64,000 nt of DNA, taken from positions 480,001 through 544,000 of the forward strand of contig CAVWHX010000003.1 of assembly GCA_963754925.1 (NCBI GenBank). The letters are read 5' to 3'. A program made the translations under genes and the position numbers. The notes beneath the pieces were generated by a model, which did no database searches, had not been told where the DNA came from, and saw only the letters and a program-made list of their open reading frames with translations. This document shows, piece after piece, positions 31,073-39,846 of this stretch (the first letter of the stretch is position 1; the number at the start of each line of letters is the position of its first letter). The DNA is from an uncultured delta proteobacterium (lineage in GTDB: Bacteria; Myxococcota; B64-G9).

Positions 31073-32548
31073 TCACAATCCTCTTCGTATACAGCGAACA
31101 TAACGTGAACTACTTTTAGGATCATAGCCGAAACCGCCACTGTAGAAAGACGCTATCCAAGCAAAATAATCGTTATAGTTGGATGAGGACCAATACAAGT
31201 TATCGGAAAAACCTACGATCGTGGATTTCATTTGATATAGTTGACTAAGTTCATCGCAAGAAGGGGGAAACCAATCCGCGTATCCGTTTCCTAAATCATG
31301 ACTATAGCAAAGCCTAGCAGCAATCCCAGTATCACTGCAACCATCCACGATAGCCTTGGTGTTAGATTTGCCGGCACCTATCCCTTTAGAATTAGACCCG
31401 GGAATTGCAGTACCATAACAACCCCATGGTGCACTGGTACTCTGGTCTGTTGCGGCTGCTTCTAGGTATTGCCATCCATCGGTAGCATAATTTGGGTTAT
31501 CATAGAACACTATGCCTCCTCCTGGACCGGTACTACCAACAGCATATTTACATTCACCACCTTGACAGGTTCTGTTTCCATCGCATGGAATGGAAATCCA
31601 AGTAGGACAGCCATTCTGATCCGGGCCACAGAGCTTTTTATTTTTTGTGTCAGCGCAATCTTTAGAGTTTGGTGTGCAAATAGCGGTGCAATCACCACAC
31701 ATCTTTCCATCACAAAGATTTTTAGGACATGGATTTATCCCTGAACTATCCCAGACAAGACAGTTGTAAGAATCTCTTTTACAATCATACACCTGAGCTT
31801 TGCCGAGTTGATATAGACTTAACTCGCATTTGCTGTCACCTGCCCCTCCACAAAGATTACCCGAGCAACAACTTATATTATCATTTTTACAATTGCTTGG
31901 ACATGATGTTCCATCCCATTTTACACAAGTACCAAAATAAGATTTACACGTGTATAGCATGTCATTTGTGCACTCAGTCTCATTTTCATTGGCTGTGGGG
32001 TTATCTTCGGTATCACTAATCCTTTTACATTTGTGAGCGCAATCATTTATCTTTATGGTCATCTGAAATGCTTTACCCTGATTATCTTCTCTTTCGGCAG
32101 TCCCATGCTTTGAACTGTCCTTCAAAGTGATCGCTAAAAGGATTCCGCTGTTTATTTCAATTGGATACAACAACCCATTGGTGGCGTCAATGGCGTTGTG
32201 AAGTACTGCTTTGTCATTTCCTTCCGGTGTGATGGTAAGCCACTTCAACTTATCCTCATCTCCCCTGGCCAAGAACCAGGTATAGGGCGAGATGCCTCCG
32301 CTTGCAATCAGCTCAACCTTATAATCGCTTTGCCCAATTGTGGCATCCGGCAATATAGGAGGATCTATTGCTAATGGGTCCACTTTCTCGCAATGGCCCG
32401 TGTCATTAGAACAAGAGTAATATTGCCACTCGGAGGTAGATGAACACTGGTCATTGGACTCACAACGATATTCGTCGTTTGTAGAACATCCAGCAGAACC
32501 CATTCCCATCATGATGGCCATGGATCCTAAAAAAAGATACCATTTCAT
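31073..32548 (-). CDS. Lipoprotein with Ig-like, Cys-rich and C-terminal DUF1566 (C-type-lectin-fold)-like domains
   Basis: GGAGGA RBS, lipobox SAGC, LPDATIG...ASGGISPYTW (He_PIG-like), GPGGGIVFYD...WQYLEAA, DWFPPSCDEL, YWSSS and YVRCIR motifs. Confidence 0.8.
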   Translation of the reverse strand: MKWYLFLGSMAIMMGMGSAGCSTNDEYRCESNDQCSSTSEWQYYSCSNDTGHCEKVDPLAIDPPILPDATIGQSDYKVELIASGGISPYTWFLARGDEDKLKWLTITPEGNDKAVLHNAIDATNGLLYPIEINSGILLAITLKDSSKHGTAEREDNQGKAFQMTIKINDCAHKCKRISDTEDNPTANENETECTNDMLYTCKSYFGTCVKWDGTSCPSNCKNDNISCCSGNLCGGAGDSKCELSLYQLGKAQVYDCKRDSYNCLVWDSSGINPCPKNLCDGKMCGDCTAICTPNSKDCADTKNKKLCGPDQNGCPTWISIPCDGNRTCQGGECKYAVGSTGPGGGIVFYDNPNYATDGWQYLEAAATDQSTSAPWGCYGTAIPGSNSKGIGAGKSNTKAIVDGCSDTGIAARLCYSHDLGNGYADWFPPSCDELSQLYQMKSTIVGFSDNLYWSSSNYNDYFAWIASFYSGGFGYDPKSSSRYVRCIRRGL

Positions 32549-32590
32549 TATGGTTCCTCCGGATCGCTGCTTGGTTACCCTCAACGCTGA

Positions 32591-33010
32591 TCACCTAACG
32601 AGTTTCTCTTTATTGAACGGCCAGAGCTTAAAAAATGCCCACCATCCGGTGGACCATAGAGACAGTATCGGAACAAAGATGTATAAAACAATTCCCCTAG
32701 CAATAGAATCTTCCATAGAGCTACCATACATACCAAAGGCATCTAAAACCAAACGAGCGACAATTGTCCATATTATCAAAGACAAGACTCCGACAACTGC
32801 AATTCTATGAAAGAATCCGTTCCGCACTAATCGTCTGTTGTAAGCAAAATAAATAATCACGATAGCTGACACAGTTAGCAAAATCCATATAAGAATACTA
32901 AGCCGCGCAATGAATACCGCACCAAGTGGTGCAAGGAATACTGTACCAACTTCAGCTATCACACAGAAAACTTGCGTAAGGACAAGAAGAAAAACTTTTT
33001 TCATCATCAT
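32591..33010 (-). CDS. Small multi-pass membrane protein (candidate immunity protein)
   Basis: 139 aa, about 4 hydrophobic segments; TAATG overlap with the upstream gene. Confidence 0.65.
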   Translation of the reverse strand: MMMKKVFLLVLTQVFCVIAEVGTVFLAPLGAVFIARLSILIWILLTVSAIVIIYFAYNRRLVRNGFFHRIAVVGVLSLIIWTIVARLVLDAFGMYGSSMEDSIARGIVLYIFVPILSLWSTGWWAFFKLWPFNKEKLVR

Positions 33011-34845
33011 TATTGCCTTCTAATTTTCATATCGAATCGAAGACTTTCTTTTGCATGTGTGTGTCCCATAACGAAAACAGCAAATGGAGATTCCTGACGA
33101 TCATAACTTTGATAGAGATGAACAAGTGTTGCTCCCAATAAATAATGGTCTCTAGGAACTATTTGAGATCCTAGTTGCTCTAGTTTTCTTGTGGAAGGAA
33201 TCAGATATGCAAACTGCGAATAGAAGTGCCCAGTAGCCACAGGACCTATATTATCAAAATTTGAGTTATGAAAACGGTGACCGTGTTCGCAAAATATGGT
33301 TGGGGTCTTAAAGTATGGTTGGCGGTTCGGCAGGTCGAGTTGCGAAGGGACTTCGATTTTTTGAAGATAGGCATCATGATTTCCCCAAAGATAGGTAACC
33401 TCTGCAAGTCCAGCATGCTCGAGCTTCGTAAACGCATCCATAACTTCGCCATTTCGATCGATGGCTTCCCGTAGCCAATCGATCGCTTTTTGTGGCGCGT
33501 CCGCATTTACCCATTCGGGAGCCACGTTGCCAGGTTTGAATAAATAGTCCCTACCCAACCACATCTCGAACATATCTCCCGTCTGAATGAAACGAAGGGA
33601 CTGTTTTACTCCCGCACTGAGGTTATTCAGCATTCCTAGGAATAAAACCAAGCCATCGCCGGCAAATTGAAAAATATCAGCAGAATTCTGCGCTTCTTTG
33701 AACCAACTTGAGGGTGGTAAATGGAGATCACCCAAGAATAAATACAGGTTTGCATCGGTTGAAATCTTTTTAGCCCAAGTGTTTGCGCAAAGATACCGAA
33801 CCACCTGTATGCCATATCCTTGATTCGCCACCTCCGAAAAGAACTTTTGCACCGCTTCCACGCGGCTGAAAGGAACAATGCCGTTTTGCTTGAATTCACA
33901 AAGGTACACGTGTGGACCGCATACGATCGCAAAATCCCGTCTTTGTTCCCTGCCACCGTGAGCATTGTCGCACCAACAACCGATGTCAAGGTACACAAAG
34001 CTTGGTCTGTCGTGATTAACATTTGCCATCTTCCGGGGTGTAGCCTCACACAGACCTTCGTCATAACCGACGACATGGGAACAGGTAAGCGCCCCTTTGT
34101 TAAAGATAAACCGAAAACCCCCGCGATCTTTGGCGAGATCTGGATCGTACTTATAGTACAGAGGTTGAGAAAATCTCTGCCCTCGTTTGGATAGGTCATC
34201 CTCAATGAATGCAGGAAAAGGCCTGACACGAACCGTATGCTGCCGATTGGTTGCTAAACCGGATCGAGACCATTTCTTAGGAACGTAGAGCAGGTCGCTA
34301 TGCTCGAAATAGTCTTCCATTTTCTGTATGTCGTCGGTCCCCCAATTGAACGTAGCCAGCTCTTTCTCCAGCACGCCAGTTAACCGATAGTATTTTGCCA
34401 ACGACTCCTCTTCTTTTACTTGATGAGTTTCCACCGATGCAATCCGATAGGTCGTTTCCGGGGGCGGTAAAGGGACGCCTTTTCCTTTATCCGTCGCAGA
34501 TTGATTTGAAGCGTCTGTTAGCATGTCGCGTAACGTTAGCTCCCTGAGATCTCCCGATAATTCACACTCGCCTGATGGCAGTCCAAGGGATTCAATAATA
34601 CCAGAAAGTCTCGTTTCATGTTGCTCGACTATACCGTTCGGTGTTTGGAGATTGAGAAGAACTTTTGGTACAGACTCTCCGGTGGCGTCGTCAACCACAC
34701 GAACTTTAATCCAATCGTTGGCCGGCGCCTTGGGTGGCTCGGGCGCTTTTGGCTCTTGCTTTTTAACATAGTTTGGATTGCGCGGAATCCAGACTCCGTA
34801 TCGAATTCCACACGGTCCGCGAATAGCGTCTTCCCAGTCGTCCAT
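33010..34845 (-). CDS. Multidomain protein with C-terminal calcineurin-like metallophosphoesterase and possible degenerate LysM
   Basis: GDLH, TGDMFEMW, GNHD, EHGH and MGHTH motifs; THQVKEEESLA...ELATFNW is LysM-like. Confidence 0.8.
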   Translation of the reverse strand: MDDWEDAIRGPCGIRYGVWIPRNPNYVKKQEPKAPEPPKAPANDWIKVRVVDDATGESVPKVLLNLQTPNGIVEQHETRLSGIIESLGLPSGECELSGDLRELTLRDMLTDASNQSATDKGKGVPLPPPETTYRIASVETHQVKEEESLAKYYRLTGVLEKELATFNWGTDDIQKMEDYFEHSDLLYVPKKWSRSGLATNRQHTVRVRPFPAFIEDDLSKRGQRFSQPLYYKYDPDLAKDRGGFRFIFNKGALTCSHVVGYDEGLCEATPRKMANVNHDRPSFVYLDIGCWCDNAHGGREQRRDFAIVCGPHVYLCEFKQNGIVPFSRVEAVQKFFSEVANQGYGIQVVRYLCANTWAKKISTDANLYLFLGDLHLPPSSWFKEAQNSADIFQFAGDGLVLFLGMLNNLSAGVKQSLRFIQTGDMFEMWLGRDYLFKPGNVAPEWVNADAPQKAIDWLREAIDRNGEVMDAFTKLEHAGLAEVTYLWGNHDAYLQKIEVPSQLDLPNRQPYFKTPTIFCEHGHRFHNSNFDNIGPVATGHFYSQFAYLIPSTRKLEQLGSQIVPRDHYLLGATLVHLYQSYDRQESPFAVFVMGHTHAKESLRFDMKIRRQ

Positions 34846-35182
34846 CGGGTCATCCTACATGAATAGTTGCCACAGCTTTTTACGCCCTCACTGTGTGTCC
34901 TAGAGAAAAGCAATCGCTGTGCCAAGTTGTGATAAAGAAAAGAATTCAGCAGAATTAATTGTGGTAACAGCATATAATAAATGGATTATTTACCATACCC
35001 TCAATTATCGAAATGCTTGTTTCGAATCCAGTCCAACCTCGTTACCTGTGCAGGTTTCGGACACCAGGTCGGACAGTGAACAGCTATCAATCATCTAGGA
35101 TCTCATTTGAGGGGCGCTTCGGTTGAGGTCGACATCGGTGTTTATTAGGGTAATTTATTTCGATACTGCCCTAACCTGCCTA

Positions 35183-37246
35183 CTACGGCGGGCTTACCTT
35201 CTCAAGCCACGCTCCAATGAGCGGATATTCTTCCGTGGGGGCTTTGAGACCCATCACCAGATCGATATGGGCTGTGCCCTCGATGATATGAATCTCGTCC
35301 AACGGGTTGGGGGTCTTTTTCGCCATGATGCTTGAAATGACAATGTTGGGGTCCACCAGAGCGCCTTGGGTGGAGAGGATGGCAATGGTGGGGACCGTCA
35401 GCTTGTCCATATTCTGACTGTAATAGTAGTAGCCATCGTTGCCCGGGTTGGGGGTCGGACCTTCGGCCAGGGATTTGTTCTCCGCGCCGTTTTGCCAGTA
35501 CTCCCGAGTACACTCGTTGAGGCCATTGTCAATGTATTGGGCTATACACCTGAGACTCGAGCTGCTGAAGCCGTAACGGGTGGTGAAATCCTCCACATAG
35601 GGGTCCATGTTCGCGGGGTTCCAGAAGTCTGCGACCCCGAATAGGTTGTCCTGCAAGCCGTCCGCGGTGAACGCCGCGTTCAATTCCTCGAAGCCCTCGA
35701 AAATCACGGTAACAAAGGTGGTGAGCGTATTTGTCGGCACGGCCGCCAATAAGTCCTCCGAAACCGTATCCATGGGAATATAGATCTTGAGATCCAGGAT
35801 CGACCACACCAAGGGCGTATTGAGGTATTGGGGCATGGGTGGCTGGCCGGCGGGGTCGAGGGCGATAAAACCTTTGACATGGCTGTTCCGTAGCAAAGCC
35901 AGAACAGCGTCACCCTTGACGTGCGGAAGATACCCGGCATCGTAGGCCGCCTCGTACGCCGCGACCTTATCCGTGGCCCCGCCGTAATCCGTGTATGCGC
36001 CCTGCAAGTAGGAATATGAACAGAACCCGCCGGTGCTGTGTCCGCCGATAACCGGATCGATGCCGGTGATGCTTCTGACCTTGTCGATCACCGCCGGCGC
36101 GTCCAGGGTAGTCCAGCTATCGAGAGAGACGATGTACACGCTTTGCACCGGACGACCGTTGGTTCGGTATGAGTCGTGGCCGGTATTACGGTAGTTGGCA
36201 ACCCATACGTCGTAGCCTTTGAGCCACAGGTAGAAGGCCAGGCTGTAATACTTCATCGGATCTTCCGCAATGTGCTCTTCCGCAACCAGGTTCCCCTGAT
36301 TATCATACACAAGGTTTCCATTCGCATCGCGCTCATATGCCCAATCGGCAAGGGACGTGGGCAGGGTCATCGTGCTGTAGGACGATTGCTGATCTTTCGG
36401 GGTGTTGATCATAAAAACATTCATGTTCATGAGAATGCCGCTGAAGAGGACTACCGGTTGCTTGCCGACACGGAAGGTATCCGCCGTCGACGGTCGGTAG
36501 CGCCTCATCTGGACCTGCACGCCGTCATCGGTAACCGCGACGTAGTGCGCCTCGATGTCCGGGTCATTCAGCATACTGGCGCAGTCATCAAGCATCGGAT
36601 CGGTTACCTCGGTCTTGGTGCTGGTCATGGTCGTATCCAGGGTAACCGCGCTCCCGCCGAGAAGCGGAATATCGGCCGGTATCGTTGCATTGATCGCTTG
36701 ATGGATGCTCAGACCAGTGCCATTGAGCAGGAGGTTGATCAGGCTGTTGAGGGTGATTTTGGCTTTGGCATCAACATTGAGCGTCAACGGAATAGGAGGA
36801 AGTAGCTTTTGTATGTTCGGATCAACCGATTTCGTTTCTATGGGAATGGTCAGGTAGAAGGTAGCTGTCTGGGTGATCAAGGGGTCCATATAGGCAATGC
36901 CGCCCGCTTGCGCGCCCGTCGGTAGGTACGAACACAGAGTGCCGGTCGGGATAGAGCCGAGATTCATTGAACTGCCGGCGGTCATGAAACTGTCAACCCG
37001 CACGGTTGCCGGTGTGCCCTGCGTCGTAAACAATTTGTTGGTATCGATGATGACGGTTGTTTTCACGTTGCCCACAACCTGGCTGGTCACCGATGCGCCA
37101 CCAAATGAGGCGGGGAGTTGGATGGTCATGGTGTTGTTTCCCGCCGGATCTATCACCAGCAACGTAGGAAGACTTATCTTCCCGCATGCGGAAACGAGCA
37201 TTGCGCTCATGAGCACGACGGTGCAGATCCTTCTTTCCTTCCTCAT
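35183..37246 (-). CDS. Lipoprotein alpha/beta hydrolase, acid-lipase-like (paralog 2)
   Basis: Start set by AGGAGG RBS and by homology to paralog 1 (MRKERR); GHSTGG, ALDPAG and AHIDL motifs. Confidence 0.82.
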   Translation of the reverse strand: MRKERRICTVVLMSAMLVSACGKISLPTLLVIDPAGNNTMTIQLPASFGGASVTSQVVGNVKTTVIIDTNKLFTTQGTPATVRVDSFMTAGSSMNLGSIPTGTLCSYLPTGAQAGGIAYMDPLITQTATFYLTIPIETKSVDPNIQKLLPPIPLTLNVDAKAKITLNSLINLLLNGTGLSIHQAINATIPADIPLLGGSAVTLDTTMTSTKTEVTDPMLDDCASMLNDPDIEAHYVAVTDDGVQVQMRRYRPSTADTFRVGKQPVVLFSGILMNMNVFMINTPKDQQSSYSTMTLPTSLADWAYERDANGNLVYDNQGNLVAEEHIAEDPMKYYSLAFYLWLKGYDVWVANYRNTGHDSYRTNGRPVQSVYIVSLDSWTTLDAPAVIDKVRSITGIDPVIGGHSTGGFCSYSYLQGAYTDYGGATDKVAAYEAAYDAGYLPHVKGDAVLALLRNSHVKGFIALDPAGQPPMPQYLNTPLVWSILDLKIYIPMDTVSEDLLAAVPTNTLTTFVTVIFEGFEELNAAFTADGLQDNLFGVADFWNPANMDPYVEDFTTRYGFSSSSLRCIAQYIDNGLNECTREYWQNGAENKSLAEGPTPNPGNDGYYYYSQNMDKLTVPTIAILSTQGALVDPNIVISSIMAKKTPNPLDEIHIIEGTAHIDLVMGLKAPTEEYPLIGAWLEKVSPP

Positions 37247-37262
37247 GGCATTCCTCCTGAGC

Positions 37263-37377
37263 AGAAAGATGTCTCTTTCGATGCTTTTCAGAGAACATTC
37301 AAACACCAGCTGAAGAACGCGCAACTCACACGATTTCTTATTGGTTTTGTTAAAGTAGTTCAGGAATAGAATGTCAA
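37263..37377 (-). promoter_or_regulatory. Conserved 115 bp promoter/leader block of paralog 2
   Basis: Homologous to 25593-25707; TTGACA at 37377-37372. Confidence 0.6.
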
Positions 37378-37614
37378 CGGAAAAATACATTACCTCTAAA
37401 CGGGAAAATTCGGCTGTAAGTCGGTTTAATCTACCCCAACAACCTTACTTCGTCGCTCTAGTAAAACGACTCTATCGACATTATTAATGGACATATTTCA
37501 AGCTGAAATCTCATAATGAGCTAATATAATTATGTATTTCAAGATATCGAAGAGGACATTTGTGTGGACATTAAGGGTGAGCAAATAGGAAATTTACTTT
37601 GCAGCGTGCCTCAA

Positions 37615-38076
37615 TCAGGCGGCATGCTTGCGAAGGTACTCAACGCTTCCCGGCAGGTCGCGAATAAGTTTGAGTAGGATGTCCATTGCCGCTGTTTGAA
37701 CGTTCCGGCCTGACTCCCACCGAGAGATCGTGTTGGCGCCCAAGCGTAAAAGTTGTGCAAGGTCTTCCTGGGTGAGACCAAAGCGATCACGTATAGCCCG
37801 GATCTCGTCCGCTGAAAGTAAACGATGCTTTTTCCGGTATAGAGCGATGGCATCCTCGCTAAGACGTCGCGCGTCATGGAACCTAAGCACTACCTCGTGG
37901 CATTTGGGGCATTTCAAATGTGAAGCTGTGGGCACAGCAACATCCTCGCCGTTTACGACGAAATGAAGCTTCCCACGTGTTTCTTTCATAGTTGTCCCGC
38001 AGGACGGACAAGCATCTTCTGGAAGCACGACACCTCGTCGGTTTGAGGCAACCAATGACTTTCTAATTTTCTTCAT
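37615..38076 (-). CDS. mqsA: MqsA-family antitoxin (Zn ribbon + XRE HTH)
   Basis: CPSC...CPKC, then LLSADEIRAIR...LTQEDLAQLL...TISRWESG. Confidence 0.88.
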   Translation of the reverse strand: MKKIRKSLVASNRRGVVLPEDACPSCGTTMKETRGKLHFVVNGEDVAVPTASHLKCPKCHEVVLRFHDARRLSEDAIALYRKKHRLLSADEIRAIRDRFGLTQEDLAQLLRLGANTISRWESGRNVQTAAMDILLKLIRDLPGSVEYLRKHAA

Positions 38077-38383
38077 TCTCGACCCCCTCATCTTTGTGGC
38101 ACGAGATTACAATGCAGTCGTTGCGTACGATAAGCTTCAGGTAAACGCCTGTCTCTATGATGCAAGGTTTGAAAACGTACATCCATTCTCCTGTTTGCTT
38201 TGACATAATACGTCCCGCTGAGTCTGAGGACGTTAAGTTTTCAAGTAGTTGGATAACATCATCGACATCAAGTTCTAGTCCAAGTGAATCAAGTTCTCGA
38301 AGAGCTTTTAAGGTGAAATAAACTTTGCATTGAGCCGCAAGCTTTGCAATCCGCAACAGGACTGTCGATAGCCATCGTGGCAT
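38063..38383 (-). CDS. mqsR: MqsR-like type II toxin
   Basis: About 106 aa, overlaps the mqsA start; FTLKA, WMYVFKP, VYLKL and VISCH pattern; GGAG RBS before ATG 38383. Confidence 0.72.
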   Translation of the reverse strand: MPRWLSTVLLRIAKLAAQCKVYFTLKALRELDSLGLELDVDDVIQLLENLTSSDSAGRIMSKQTGEWMYVFKPCIIETGVYLKLIVRNDCIVISCHKDEGVENEEN

Positions 38384-38396
38384 AGAGCTCCACTTC

Positions 38397-38441
38397 ATTC
38401 ACCTAATGAGTAATTATGCATATGGTGAATTGTAATGTCAA
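38397..38441 (-). promoter_or_regulatory. sigma70 promoter of the TA operon with overlapping inverted repeat (putative operator)
   Basis: TTGACA-N17-CATAAT (38441-38413); ATTCACC-N20-GGTGAAT (38397-38430) straddles the -10. Confidence 0.7.
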
Positions 38442-38500
38442 GTGATTCTTTAGTAGCTAAATTTATTAATTGACAAGTCCTACGAGGTATCGTCCCTTTA

Positions 38501-39589
38501 CTACCCGCTCTTGTTGTACAGACTTTCACCCAACTTCTTTTGTTTGATCCGTGCCACCCGCTCTGCAATATGAATGCTTTGAAAGAAATCATTCCTTAAA
38601 ATAGAGAACGCGGCATCAGCGTTATCCTTTGAGATAATTTCTTCTGTTAATGTCTGAAACTGGTTGGCGAGCGCCTTAAACACGAGAAGAAGAGAGGTCA
38701 GTTCCCCACCGCGTGCGTTCTTGTCCAACATCCGAGCCGCCTCGTGGGCAAGCAACCTCTCTACCGTGAGAATGGCGTACATCTGCCCAATGGCCTCGGC
38801 TACATCGGCGGCACCGGCTTCTTTTTTCATATGAATGAGTTGATCAAGTTGGTTTTGCATGGCGCCGACCGAGGGACCCATCATCAACGTATCTTCAAGA
38901 TCCCGGAAACGGTTCCACCATGTCTTGAAAAGCTCGGCCTTCTTTTCCGAGTACATTCTTCGCGGGCACCGGAGAATTTTCCAACATTAGAGTACCGTGC
39001 GGCGCGGGTTTTAAAAACGGAAGCTCCATCGAAGTTATGGTCAATCCCGTGGTGTCCTTGGGCACCAGAAATGCCGAAAAACTTTTTCGTGAATCGACTT
39101 CGCCGGTGATAGCCACCACAATAAACATATCGGCAATCGGACCGTTGGTAAGGTACGTTTTTTGCCCGTTTAAGATGTACTGATCCCCTAACAATTTTGC
39201 TGTGGTCTTGAGATATTTTGGATGGGCGCCGGTTTGGGGCTCGGAAACCGCAAAGCAGAGTATCTTTTCCCTGTCGAGAGCCCGACGGATGCCTGCTGGC
39301 GTACCGTACCAAACCTCTTGATGAAGTTTTCCGCTATGATCCGTTGCATCAACCATGAGAGCGCTATCCCCATATTGCCGCCTGCAGCGACCAGCGCCTC
39401 TGCAGCAACGGACAGGTAGAGGAAGACGCCGCTTTGTCGTTCGTTTTCGTCAAACGCAAAAAGCCCTGACCGCGCCATATTGGTCCACAAGTCAATCGGG
39501 AATACCGACGTATTGAGATCCCTGCCAGCAATATGCTCTTTGGCGAACCCGGCAAAACGAACTGTTATGCTCCGCAATCGATCGTCCAT
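38501..39589 (-). CDS. Acyl-CoA dehydrogenase family protein with two compensating frame breaks (~39268, ~38906)
   Basis: Three consecutive ORFs join to ...FGT...STG(E)KILCFAVSEP...LNGQKTYLTNGPIAD...FSAFLVP...NVLGKEGRAF... Confidence 0.82.
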
Positions 39590-39729
39590 GACCGCGCACC
39601 ATATAATGGGTCAATAGAAAGTAACAGTATCGGCGCGTGCTGGGTGGCACCGAGCAGGGGGCCCCCCGCCGGCGTGCGGCTTGGCTGCGCGGAATCATCG
39701 CTTTTTTTTCGATGATGAGCACCGCCGGG

Positions 39730-39780
39730 CCCATAGGATAAGAGATTGTAAGCCTCGCTCCGCTCGGCAACAATCTCTAA
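39730..39780 (+). repeat. ~50 bp hairpin element, copy B (51 bp)
   Basis: CCCATA-GGATAAGAGATTGTAAGCCTCGCTCCGCTCGGCAACAATCTCTAA; perfect 9 bp outer stem. Confidence 0.9.
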
Positions 39781-39846
39781 GGATGCGAGGTGCCAGGACC
39801 CGGCGCGAAACCTAACCATGAGTGACCCCTTATCGCACCAACCAAG

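Noticed and set aside
23378..37377. Lipase paralogs as direct repeats of a composite transposon or prophage
   Set aside because: Too diverged, and no transposase, integrase or phage genes lie between them.
37247..37390. 48 aa N-terminal extension of lipase paralog 2 in the ORF track
   Set aside because: RBS and paralog alignment place the start at 37246; the extension is the conserved leader.
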